A stretch of DNA of 63,928 nt, filler included, from Octopus bimaculoides (taxonomy: Eukaryota), in NCBI RefSeq assembly GCF_001194135.2. It is 6 parts of 6 records of this genome, joined end to end, with 100 filler letters (N's around TTAATTAATTAA, not from the genome) between each part and the next. Parts side by side here need not be neighbours in the genome. Positions count along the whole stretch, not along the records: positions 50,864 to 63,928 come from NC_068986.1; 5 more parts are not named here. One strand, 5' to 3'. Below the pieces are notes generated by a model. It searched no databases. It saw nothing but the letters and a program-made list of their open reading frames with translations, and was not told the origin of the DNA. Shown here in pieces: positions 51,628 through 63,928 of the stretch. The position numbers and the translations under genes were made by a program. The number at the start of each line of letters is the position of its first letter. Position 1 is the first letter of the stretch.

Positions 51628-51687
<60 letters not shown>

Positions 51688-53574
51688 CCTATCTCTCTCC
51701 CCCATCTCTCCCCCTCTCTCCCCCCTCTCTCTTTCATACATAACCGCATGCGCACGCATAGTCCCTCATCCACTGAAAACTATACATAAATATTTGCAAC
51801 TGTATGCAAATGCATACGCTCAGAAATTTACTTGCTTGCACACGCAAGGATCCGGACGCATAGAGTGATACTCACACATACATACATACATACATACATA
51901 CATGCATGCATACACACATATACGTAATGCATACATACAAACATACATACCTGCATACATATGTACATACACATAATTCATACATACAAACATACATGCA
52001 TGAATACATCCATACATACATACATACAAACATTTATACATGCATACATACATACACATAATATATTCATTCATACATTCATACATAGAAACCTACATTC
52101 ACACATCTATATATATATATATATACACACAATCATGCAAACACAAGTGCATATATACATACATACATACATACATACATACATACATACATACATACAT
52201 ACATGCAGGCATGCATACAGGCACACACACATATACATACATATATATATACAAACGTACACGAGTGTATAAAAGATAGTGAGGTTTCATTGGTTGTCTT
52301 TTCATTATTTCAACTCGTAATTCATGTGAGCGCGTATCGCTTAGTGCTAATTAAAGATATAACACACAAGGCATACATCCTCTCCATATTATTTTACTGC
52401 ATCTGGTTGTTCTTAGAATCACGGTTCAAATCGTGCACGGCTTCTACTTTTCTCTTATTTTTATCGCCTCTTTCACGTCAAATTTTCTGTGGTTATCCCA
52501 CTGTCATTAGAAGAATCGACTTATTTTGCGTTCGTTTTTCTTTTACTTGTTTCAGTAATTAGAACGTGGTCTCGTTTGGGGCATCTCCTTAAAAAGATTT
52601 TCATCGAACAAATCGGTCCCAGTACATTTTTTTAAAGCCTGGTACTTCTTGAACGTCTAATTTGAGCAGACGTAAGTGGTCGAGCGAACGCGCACACACG
52701 CACACACACNNNNNNNNNNNNNNNNNNNNNNNNNNNNNNNNNNNNNNNNNNNNNNNNNNNNNNNNNNNNNNNNNNNNNNNNNNNNNNNNNNNNNNNNNNN
52801 NNNNNNNNNNNNNNNNNNNNNNNNNNNNNNNNNNNNNNNNNNNNNNNNNNNNNNNNNNNNNNNNNNNNNNNNNNNNNNNNNNNNNNNNNNNNNNNNNNNN
52901 NNNNNNNNNNNNNNNNNNNNNNNNNNNNNNNNNNNNNNNNNNNNNNNNNNNNNNNNNNNNNNNNNNNNNNNNNNNNNNNNNNNNNNNNNNNNNNNNNNNN
53001 NNNNNNNNNNNNNNNNNNNNNNNNNNNNNNNNNNNNNNNNNNNNNNNNNNNNNNNNNNNNNNNNNNNNNNNNNNNNNNNNNNNNNNNNNNNNNNNNNNNN
53101 NNNNNNNNNNNNNNNNNNNNNNNNNNNNNNNNNNNNNNNNNNNNNNNNNNNNNNNNNNNNNNNNNNNNNNNNNNNNNNNNNNNNNNNNNNNNNNNNNNNN
53201 NNNNNNNNNNNNNNNNNNNNNNNNNNNNNNNNNNNNNNNNNNNNNNNNNNNNNNNNNNNNNNNNNNNNNNNNNNNNNNNNNNNNNNNNNNNNNNNNNNNN
53301 NNNNNNNNNNNNNNNNNNNNNNNNNNNNNNNNNNNNNNNNNNNNNNNNNNNNNNNNNNNNNNNNNNNNNNNNNNNNNNNNNNNNNNNNNNNNNNNNNNNN
53401 NNNNNNNNNNNNNNNNNNNNNNNNNNNNNNNNNNNNNNNNNNNNNNNNNNNNNNNNNNNNNNNNNNNNNNNNNNNNNNNNNNNNNNNNNNNNNNNNNNNN
53501 NNNNNNNNNNNNNNNNNNNNNNNNNNNNNNNNNNNNNNNNNNNNNNNNNNNNNNNNNNNNNNNNNNNNNNNNNN

Positions 53575-53585
53575 TAATAATAATG

Positions 53586-53643
<58 letters not shown>

Positions 53644-53688
53644 TAATAATAATAATAATAATAATAACTATTATTATCATCATTATTA

Positions 53689-53758
<70 letters not shown>

Positions 53759-53790
53759 TGTTGTTTCTGTTATTATTATTATTACTATTA
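53575..53790. repeat. (AAT)n followed by (ATT)n
   Basis: Polarity switch at ~53668. Confidence 0.95.
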
Positions 53791-55149
53791 CACGCCCATT
53801 AGAAAATATATGTGAATTTCTATATGTATATATTTGGCAAATACAAAACAAATTCATAGCTATTCTGCTCAAGATCTCTCCCAGAGGGAAATGACAACTT
53901 AAGTTGAATTTCACAGCAATTTTTGAAAAAAAGTATAATGATATATTATATCTCTTTGTGCGTGCCTGTCCATGTGTACGTATGTGAGTGACTTCCTATG
54001 TTAATGTATGTATGTACGTATGTATGTATGTATGTCTTGTGTGTATGTACCAATTATATATCAAATTTATATGTTGTGTGGTATTTGAGATTTCATTGAA
54101 TTCTGGAACCACCTTTTTCAAGTTAAATATGTCTGTTAGTGTTATGTATTCATCCATGAAATTGAGATGATATCTAGACTTTACACTCACTCAAACTCGT
54201 ACACCAAACGGAACCGCTACAAGCGCCCACCCATGTATTTGTGAATGTATAAACGTGTGTGTGTATTGTGTGTGTGTATTGTGTGTGTGTGTGTATATAT
54301 NNNNNNNNNNNNNNNNNNNNNNNNNNNNNNNNNNNNNNNNNNNNNNNNNNNNNNNNNNNNNNNNNNNNNNNNNNNNNNNNNNNNNNNNNNNNNNNNNNNN
54401 NNNNNNNNNNNNNNNNNNNNNNNNNNNNNNNNNNNNNNNNNNNNNNNNNNNNNNNNNNNNNNNNNNNNNNNNNNNNNNNNNNNNNNNNNNNNNNNNNNNN
54501 NNNNNNNNNNNNNNNNNNNNNNNNNNNNNNNNNNNNNNNNNNNNNNNNNNNNNNNNNNNNNNNNNNNNNNNNNNNNNNNNNNNNNNNNNNNNNNNNNNNN
54601 NNNNNNNNNNNNNNNNNNNNNNNNNNNNNNNNNNNNNNNNNNNNNNNNNNNNNNNNNNNNNNNNNNNNNNNNNNNNNNNNNNNNNNNNNNNNNNNNNNNN
54701 NNNNNNNNNNNNNNNNNNNNATATATATATATATATATATACGCAGACACATGTAAACATACATATATATGTATACACACATATGCATGTAATCTCACAC
54801 AGACGCGGAGACTTACTCCTCCCACCCACGCACACACATTTGTGTTAGAAATAATACAAATATGTATATAACAATATGTATATCTAACTTAAGTTGGATA
54901 TACAGTGAGGAAGGTAGAATTTATATGTATGTGTTTGTATGTAGGTATATACATATAAGTTCATGTGTGTGTGTTTGCTTGTGTGTGTATGTGTGTATGC
55001 GTAACATAAATGAAATGATCCGGGAACACATTAAACCATACAGTTTAAATGAAACCTATAGATCTTCTATGGATACGGTTATGCTACTGCGATATGCATG
55101 CGTGTAAAGTATCACACGTTTGTACGCTTCAACAGCAGAATGAGTCAGT

Positions 55150-55815
55150 GATATTCGCTGGAATCAGATGCGTTTACATAGACGGGGCTGGTGCATAAAA
55201 AGTCAAGTGATGCTGTAAAAGTATTCGAAATACAAATTTCAAAGGAAGAATATTTAGCAGAAGAAACCTTAACACTTGAGTGTTCAGCAATTACGAATAT
55301 ATAACTTAAATCGTGATATCTGTAAACATTCGTCAAATGCAACTTCTGCTGAAGGAACTGATTAGCACAAAAAGTGGTCTCTGCTACTTTTCAATAAACA
55401 TTTTTCGTGAAGTTCTGTACAATTCCCTATACAAAGGATTTGGATTACTCATAAGAATCTCCCCCAGACACAACAACATAAGAAAAACTTCAGTCAATAC
55501 AAATAACGACACATCTGCTACATAAACACTCTTTACATATATGTGCAGCCAAATCCAAACAGTAACAAGCTTCCCGTATCATATCAGAATAACTATCTTC
55601 ACCACAACCTATAAATATGGAATTTTCTCTTGTTATTCTTCATCTCTCACTTCCTACATAACTACTTCTGGTTGCATACATCAAACTCGATTTTGATTTA
55701 CATTACTCTACTCATCAAAGGAACACCCAGCCAAAATACTATATATAAAAGCCTGAAAGCCCAACGTAGCTTAGAGCCTCATATCAGCTAGTAAGCCGAA
55801 ACTTCGAAGTTACTG
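55150..55815 (+). mobile_element. Possible decayed Penelope GIY-YIG/3' end
   Basis: Weak remnants (TLECS..N., HICA) and a terminal ccGAAACTTCGAAGTT resembling a hammerhead 3' half. Confidence 0.3.
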
Positions 55816-55837
55816 TCAAACATTTCCATGTAAAATT

Positions 55838-55913
<76 letters not shown>

Positions 55914-55990
55914 GTATAATGTATATATCTATATATATGTGTATATGTATATATGTATATATATACATACATACATATATATATATATAT

Positions 55991-56230
55991 ATTTAATGTA
56001 TATATATACATAGATATATACATACATATAAACATATATATATGCATATATGCATACATATATATACATATATATACACATAGATNNNNNNNNNNATAAA
56101 TTTGCATATGTATATATGTATATATATGCAAATTTATCTATGTGTATATATATGTATATATATGTATGCATATATGCATATATATATGTTTATATGTATG
56201 TATATATCTATGTATATATATACATTAAAT
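55991..56230. repeat. 95-bp perfect inverted repeat spanning a 10-N gap
   Basis: 55991-56085 is the exact reverse complement of 56136-56230, checked in 10-20-nt blocks. Confidence 0.9.
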
Positions 56231-56241
56231 ATATACATATA

Positions 56242-56277
<36 letters not shown>

Positions 56278-57197
56278 TGCATAGTTGAAATTTATAGAAA
56301 AACAAAAGACGAAGACAGGTATATGAACAACAAGCAAGTATATTAGTCTGACGCTCGAGGAAATGAAAACGTCTTTTACGTTTCGAACCTAAGCTCTTCA
56401 AGAAAAAGGAATAAGAGAAATGAACCGAAGGAAATGAAACAAACGTGTAGAGTTCAGCGGTCCAGCATGGCGAATGATTAGAAAAAAGAGGCTGAAAGAA
56501 AAAGAAATAATAAAGTGCTAGGGATTCCAAGAGAAGGTGTGCGTGCGTGTGTGTGTATGTGAGATTGGTGTGTGTGAGTGCGTAAGTGTATGTGTGAATG
56601 TGGGCGAGCGACTCTGATGTGTGTGAGTGTCTGTCTGTGTAACTTGTGTGTGTATGTGTTGTGTGTAGCAGTTGTTGTGTGCTTTTTCAAGTGGTGTGTG
56701 CACATGTGTGAGTGTATGTGCGTGTGTGTGTATCTGTGACCAAACAGTGTGCATGTCTATGATGGATATATGTGGGCGAAAGTTATCTTTGTCTATGTAT
56801 GTTGTGTGTGTATGCATCTATAGCTTGTGTTCAGGTATTATGTTCTTGTGTGAGAGTGGGATTGTGGATCATGATGTTTGGTGTGTGTACTGAGTTAAAC
56901 AGTGTGCGTGGCTGTTCATATAGTGGTATATGTTGTGACACTATTAAAGATTGTGTCTGAGTGTGTGGTGTGGGTGCTGGAAAGTGGTCAGTGCTAGTGT
57001 GTGTGGAGTTGGTATCGAATGAAGAGAGAAGGTGAGGTTGACGTCAGATAAAAAGAGGAGGTGATTTGAGCTCATCTGACACAAAGGAGCGAAGACAGAA
57101 GATTAATTCCTGTTCACCGCGAAGGTAGGAGTCTGGATGGTCTCTGTGTAAAGACAGTCCGAACACAGGCAGATGTTGTAGCGAATGACAAACGGTG

Positions 57198-57315
57198 TCC
57201 ACTCACAAGGCTTTGGTCGGCCCGAGGCTATAGTAGAAGACACTTGCTCAATGTGCCACGCAGTGGGACTGAACCCGGAACTATGTGGTTGGTAAGCAAG
57301 CTACTTACCACAGAA
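57198..57315 (-). mobile_element. SINE family B
   Basis: tccactcacaaggctttggtcggcccgaggctatagtagaagacacttgc...cagtgggactgaacccggaac...cttaccac. Confidence 0.85.
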
Positions 57316-57346
57316 CCACTCCTATACATACACACCCACACACACA

Positions 57347-57382
<36 letters not shown>

Positions 57383-57964
57383 TGTATGTATGTATGTATG
57401 CATGTTTGTATATGTGCATGTATGTATAAATGAATGCGTATATATTCCAGTTATCGGAGTAAGAAAAAAAAGACATAATGCCTGAACCACATACAAAATT
57501 AAATTAGTTACACGATCTCCCACAGAAACAGACGCACAAACAAATACATCTAAATGGAGCCACAAATGCACACTGACGTGGACACCTACTGTCAAACAAC
57601 TTCAATTCGCCGAATGACGACGATCTAACATACTAAACGCATGAAATGATACACTCCCCCATATACACACACACATACACACATTTATATACATATACAC
57701 AGGCATACAGGCACTCACGCAAGCACAAATTTATGGTAAAACTGAAATAGCCATTATTAGCAGCCATTTGTGGGACATATCATTACCCTGTCACTTTTTA
57801 AAATCACGTCTGGTGTCATATTTACTAAGGTCACCCCACTGTTGCTGACGGCATATCGTCTCTTTTTTTGTATTTGCGTGGTATGATAAAAATCAAAAGT
57901 GATTGCTGCTTAATCATTTCGGACTCGAGCATTTCTTTGAGATATTGATCGCTGCTCGGAACAC

Positions 57965-58007
57965 CTGGCCCTCCTCCTCTTCTTCTTCTTCTTCTTCTTC
58001 TTCTTCT

Positions 58008-58041
<34 letters not shown>

Positions 58042-58052
58042 TTTCCTCTTCT

Positions 58053-58084
<32 letters not shown>

Positions 58085-58218
58085 TTCTTCTTCTTCCTCC
58101 TCTTCTTCCCCTTCTCCTCCTCTTCCCTTCCTTCCCTCTTCTTCCCCTTCTCCTCCTCTTCCCTTCCTTCCCTCTTCCCCTCCACCTTCTCATCATCATC
58201 ACCACCACCACCACCATC
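57965..58218. repeat. (CTT)n/(CCT)n/(CAC)n compound repeat
   Basis: Directly visible. Confidence 0.95.
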
Positions 58219-58408
58219 NNNNNNNNNNNNNNNNNNNNNNNNNNNNNNNNNNNNNNNNNNNNNNNNNNNNNNNNNNNNNNNNNNNNNNNNNNNNNNNNNN
58301 NNNNNNNNNNNNNNNNNNNNNNNNNNNNNNNNNNNNNNNNNNNNNNNNNNNNNNNNNNNNNNNNNNNNNNNNNNNNNNNNNNNNNNNNNNNNNNNNNNNN
58401 NNNNNNNN

Positions 58409-58444
<36 letters not shown>

Positions 58445-58454
58445 ACAACAACAA

Positions 58455-58635
58455 AAGGCCTGAAATTTGGCGGGAGAAAACTAGTCGATTACATCGACTT
58501 CAGTGTTTCAATGGTACGTAAGTTATCGATCCCGACAAGATGACAGGCAAAGTCGGACGCTGGGCGGAATTTGAATTCAGAACGTAAAGACGGACGAAAT
58601 ACTGCAAAGCGCTTCGCCCGGCATGCAAACGATTC
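58455..58635 (-). mobile_element. SINE family A
   Basis: aaggcctgaaattt...ggaatttgaattcagaacgtaaagacggacgaaatac...gcaaacgattc. Confidence 0.8.
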
Positions 58636-58849
58636 CTTATAATAATAGTAATAAGCATGACTATGATGATGACGATGATGATGATGATGATGATGATGAG
58701 GTACAAGATATTGCGGACAAAACTTAAAAGCCGTATTTCGACTCACAAACCTACAAATAGTCCGATAAAAAGCTACATTACGAACATCGTCACACCATAT
58801 CCAATCGTTAGCACGTGTTTCGTCTGGCTATTTATGGTCCGAGATGGAA

Positions 58850-59580
58850 AAGGTTTTCTCTCTTTCTCTCTCCATATAACTCTCTCTCTTCGTGCATCTC
58901 TTTCTTTCTCTTTCTCTTTCTCTCTCTCTTACTCTTTTTCTCTCTCTCTTACTCTCTTTCTCTCTCACTCTCTTACTCTCTTTCTCTCTCTCTCTTACTC
59001 TCTTTCTCTCTCTCTTTCTATCTTTCTCTATTACTCTTTCTCTATTACTCTTTCTCTCCCTATGTCTCTCTAACTCTCTCTGTCTCTCTCTCACTCTCTC
59101 TATAACTCTCTCTGTGCATCTCTTTCTTTCTCTCTCACTCACTCTATTTCTCTCTCTCTTACACCCTTTCACTCTCTCTTTCTCTCTCTCTTTCTATCTC
59201 TTACTCTCTTTCTATCTCTCTTTCTATCTCTTTCTCTATTACTCTTTCTCTCCCTATGTCTCTCTAACTCTCTCTGTCTCTCTCTCACTCTCTCTACACC
59301 TCTTTCTGTGCATCACTTTCTTTCTCTCTCTCTCACTCTGTTTCTCTCTCTCTTACACTCTTTCTCTCCCTCTTTCTCTCTCTCTTTCTCTCTCTCTTTC
59401 TCTCGCTCTCTTTCTATCTCTTACTCGCTTTCCCTCTCTCTTACTCTCTTTCTCTCTCTGTCCGTCTGTCTCTTTTCTCTCTCTCTTTCTCTCTCTCTTT
59501 TTCAATCTCTTACTCGCTTTCCCTCTCTCTTACTCTCTTTCTCTCTCTGTCCGTCTGTCTCTTTTCTCTCTCTCTTTCTG
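58850..59580. repeat. ~730-bp pyrimidine-rich satellite with internal duplications
   Basis: Degenerate tctctctcttactctctttc units with duplicated longer blocks. Confidence 0.9.
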
Positions 59581-60899
59581 CATACAACACAGCTTACACA
59601 AGCATCACCCAATAAAAATAACACGATTCTGGAAACACATGTTCTATGAAAAATACTGCCAAACAATGGACTACCATATACACCAACCAATTATGACCAA
59701 ACAATATGACACAAAGTCCACTCAACATATTCATCACACAGCTCATAAATACCCGTAAATAACCAATATACGGCACTGTAACATCTACAACTGACAAAAT
59801 TCATATCCTACGTAACTGTCACTCGATAATGCATAACAAAATACAACACCGTCCAGCACAAAAGATTCAAAACATCACTTTCACAATACATATGGATCCA
59901 AACCCGCACTGTACACACAACAGACGAAATACTAAAAGGACATCAGAAACAATAAGCAAACCACACAACGATACAAAATTAATATTGTATACAAACACAC
60001 TTGTACATCGCTAAAAGAAAATGCTATAAGGTCAGCAAGTTCTTGGGAGCAAGTTTGCTCTGCGCGGTAAAGATTCTGCCAGCTCGCCGCCTTACCGATA
60101 ATATTACTAATTATACCTATTGCCGTGATACTGCTGCAATTTGTAATAGTTCTGTTGTTGCAATGGTAGTAATCATACAGTTATGGTAGCTATTTTAAAG
60201 AGTATCTCATGCTGAAAGAGGTTTTAAAGAAGATGCCGATATCGGCGTTATATTCAATATGGTGAAATATACTGTTGGCGAGTGTTACATAAAAACCCCA
60301 TTTATAAAAAAAAAATTCGATCATTTCCTCCTAGCAGAAGACGGATGCAGAATCAACATCCAGTATTGTTCCATTGCTGCCGTTACTGAGGTCTTAGTCA
60401 CTCGTACGTGTCGTATCGTGGCAGCTTTCCAAGTGATGGTAGAGGCACGTTTCATTCAGACGGTCTCAGTAAACGAAAACCTTATTATCCTGTATAAGAG
60501 ACGCAGATTTGCCAATTAGAGAACGCAATTACACACGGAAAGCAAACCTTGCTTTTGTGACACCATGTGTAACTTTTCAAAGCTAATTTATAAATAAAAC
60601 GTACGGGTGCTGTATACTTGCTGTCTGTATCACTCACACTAGTATACACATAACTTGTAGAGCACATCTATACTTTCCTAAAATAATAATAATGATGAAT
60701 ACAAAAATGCTGGTGGTGGAGGCAACGGTGGTGCAGCTAATAACAACAACAACAACAAGAAGAACTACAATAATAATGATAATAAATAAAGATGATGATG
60801 ATGTGATTTAGAAATCCATTGGTGGCTTATTTATCATCATATCGCAGGCAGTTTTTTAATCACTCGCACACATTTCCCCTGTCTCTTACACACGCATAT

Positions 60900-60933
<34 letters not shown>

Positions 60934-61337
60934 ATATGTGTGTATGTAAGTGTGTGTAGGTGTGTGTCTGTGTGCATGCGGCGTGTTTCTATATGTATAT
61001 ATATATANNNNNNNNNNNNNNNNNNNNNNNNNNNNNNNNNNNNNNNNNNNNNNNNNNNNNNNNNNNNNNNNNNNNNNNNNNNNNNNNNNNNNNNNNNNNN
61101 NNNNNNNNNNNNNNNNNNNNNNNNNNNNNNNNNNNNNNNNNNNNNNNNNNNNNNNNNNNNNNNNNNNNNNNNNNNNNNNNNNNNNNNNNNNNNNNNNNNN
61201 NNNNNNNNNNNNNNNNNNNNNNNNNNNNNNNNNNNNNNNNNNNNNNNNNNNNNNNNNNNNNNNNNNNNNNNNNNNNNNNNNNATATATACACACATATAT
61301 ATGTATGTATGTCTATATATATATATACATATATACG

Positions 61338-61371
<34 letters not shown>

Positions 61372-62149
61372 CACACACATATATATACATATATCCATAC
61401 ATATATATGTACATATATACATAAACACACACACACACACACACGCACACACACACACACGCGCACACACACACACACACACACATATATGTATACAAAT
61501 GCGCAGATACNNNNNNNNNNNNNNNNNNNNNNNNNNNNNNNNNNNNNNNNNNNNNNNNNNNNNNNNNNNNNNNNNNNNNNNNNNNNNNNNNNNNNNNNNN
61601 NNNNNNNNNNNNNNNNNNNNNNNNNNNNNNNNNNNNNNNNNNNNNNNNNNNNNNNNNNNNNNNNNNNNNNNNNNNNNNNNNNNNNNNNNNNNNNNNNNNN
61701 NNNNNNNNNNNNNNNNNNNNNNNNNNNNNNNNNNNNNNNNNNNNNNNNNNNNNNNNNNNNNNNNNNNNNNNNNNNNNNNNNNNNNNNNNNNNNNNNNNNN
61801 NNNNNNNNNNNNNNNNNNNNNNNNNNNNNNNNNNNNNNNNNNNNNNNNNNNNNNNNNNNNNNNNNNNNNNNNNNNNNNNNNNNNNNNNNNNNNNNNNNNN
61901 NNNNNNNNNNNNNNNNNNNNNNNNNNNNNNNNNNNNNNNNNNNNNNNNNNNNNNNNNNNNNNNNNNNNNNNNNNNNNNNNNNGGGATTCCAACTAGCAAG
62001 TTGATAAAAATCTATTTATGCGAATACCTACATTCCTCTGATCTGGTTCTATATATGCGGGCATTAGGCGCAGCATCAAAGAAAATCGTTGCTGTTATAA
62101 TATACAACGCGTTGTCGAAGTAATGGTAGGGGATAGACTGAGGTAGGAG

Positions 62150-62777
62150 AGTGTGAGACAGGGGAGATAAGTGAAAAAAAATTCTGTAATGTAAGATAAT
62201 ATTAGAAAGGGAGAGACACAGAGGGGGGGGGGCAGAGGTTGTGAGAAAGAGAGAGAGAGAGAGAGAGAGTGTGTGTGTGTGTGTGTGTGTGGTGATAAAA
62301 CGAGAGAGATAGAGAGGGAAATCAAATTCTGAGATGAAGTAAATTGAGAGAATTGTTGAAGGAAATGAAGGACAGATTACAACAAAAAAATAAAAGCGGA
62401 AAAGAATAAAGAAAAAACTCCATTCATGTGATTGGAAGAGTAAGAGAAAACGGTAGATGGATAGAGAGATAGATAGAAAGAGGGAGAGGGGGAGAGACTG
62501 AGAGAGGGAAATACAGTAAAAGAAGAGGTGAGAGGGAGAGGAAATAGAATGGAGGAAGAGTTATCGAAGGAAATGAGGGGTTGTGAGAAAAAATACCCAT
62601 AAAATATATTATGAGTAGAAATATGATAGAGAGTAGTAGCAGAAGAGAGAGAGAGAGAGAGAGAGGGATAGATATGGTGAGAGTAAGAGATGGTGAGAGA
62701 GAGAGTGATGGTGAGAGAGTGAGAGTGACTGAGCGGTACAATGTATTGAATGGAGATTAAGAGAAAGAAATGAGGGG

Positions 62778-62821
<44 letters not shown>

Positions 62822-63250
62822 NNNNNNNNNNNGAGAGAGAGGGAGAGAGAGAGAGAGAGAGAGAGAGGCATCAGAGATATGAGTGGAAGAGCAAACGAAT
62901 AAAAAAAAGGGATGCATATATGTGTGTTTAGGGAGAGAGAGTGAGTGACAGAAAGAGAAGGACTGAGAAAGAATGAGTGTGAGAGAGAGAGAGAGAGGGG
63001 GAAGAGAAGTGGAGTGAAATTAAGAAAGTGTAGAAGAGGACGAGTGAGTACGAGATGAAAAAGAAAGTAAAGGAAGAGAGGTAAGAGGTGTAGTAGATGT
63101 TATGGGGGAGAAGGGTGGGGGCGAGAGTGAGGAGGTGAGACATGAGTGAGAGAACGAAGAAGAAGGGGATAGATAGAGAGAAAGACAAAGAGGGAGAGAA
63201 ATAGAGGTTGAGAGAGAGAGGGATTGGCAAAGATAACGAAGGAAAGGGTA
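62150..63250. repeat. Long purine-rich (AG/GA) degenerate tract
   Basis: Directly visible. Confidence 0.85.
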
Positions 63251-63729
63251 GAGTGGTGAAATGCTGGAAAGAAATATTGCAGATAATATAATAATGTCAG
63301 GAAGAAAACATATATGATAACTAGATAGGTACAGAGATTGATTGATTGATATATAGATGGATATAAATATATATATATATATATATATGATATACGTCTA
63401 AATACTTCTCTCCTTCACTCGCCCTATATCTATATATTTATATATATATATATATATATATATAGACAGATATATAGACAGATAGATAGATAGATAAATA
63501 GATAGATAGATAGATAGATAGATAGATGAGAGGCACAGAAAAGTGAGAGGACAGATCTCTTCGCGAGATAAATAAATGGAAAGAGAGAGGGGGGTGGATA
63601 TATTCACAGAGATATTAGATCCACAGATATGCATACACACACATATTTGTATATATGTGTGTATATATGTATATACATATATGCATATGTATATATATAT
63701 GTATGTATAAGCGTTGTTGTATGTGTATG

Positions 63730-63772
<43 letters not shown>

Positions 63773-63928
63773 TATATACATATATATATGTATATATACA
63801 CACACACATACACACACAGAGGGACATTGAGTGAAACATGGAGAGAGGGAGGGAGAGAGAGAGAAGGAGAGAGAGTGAGAGAAAGAGAACAGAACTTGTA
63901 GAGGGAAATTGATGATGAAATATGGAAA

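Noticed and set aside
57831-57965. PGVPSSDQYLKEMLESEM.. after the repeat-derived ORF
   Set aside because: Open only through a (GAA)n tract; no acceptor and no recognisable family.
58892-59758. 288-aa L/S/F-rich ORF and the other YI/CV/poly-I/poly-N ORFs
   Set aside because: Translations of microsatellites.
60330-60400. Exon-like block after ttcctcctag
   Set aside because: Weak donors and no recognisable peptide in any frame.
1-63928. CRISPR arrays, rRNA, canonical tRNA genes, intact transposase or RT ORFs
   Set aside because: None seen. tRNA-like sequences are SINE heads, and all element ORFs have stops or frameshifts.

Overview
Repeat-rich, AT-rich eukaryotic scaffold. About a tenth of the window is N gaps, and five gaps carry an artificial TTAATTAATTAA spacer. 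The SINE families, microsatellite load and gap style suggest an octopod cephalopod assembly (inference). No intact multi-exon gene can be built, and almost all ORF-track entries are gap or microsatellite artefacts. The window is mostly intronic/intergenic DNA with decayed mobile elements: Penelope-like (PLE) fragments, R4/Dong-like, RTE-like and Tx1/L1-like LINE fragments, a hAT (SPIN/GTF2IRD2-like) transposase relic, mariner relics and many tRNA-derived SINEs. The best host-gene signal is a + strand 3'-terminal exon at 50212-50327 encoding a GPI-signal-like tail, followed by three AATAAA. The most interesting signals are RNA structures. (1) A short dispersed element carries a PLE-type minimal hammerhead ribozyme, with an intact core at 47939-47984 (-), and lies downstream of a palindromic tRNA-like Pol III promoter. 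(2) A second, unrelated hammerhead core at 38064-38141 (-) has its cleavage triplet covered by a 44-bp inverted repeat. (3) Several long foldback elements are present. All structures were paired by eye; no folding or database search was run.
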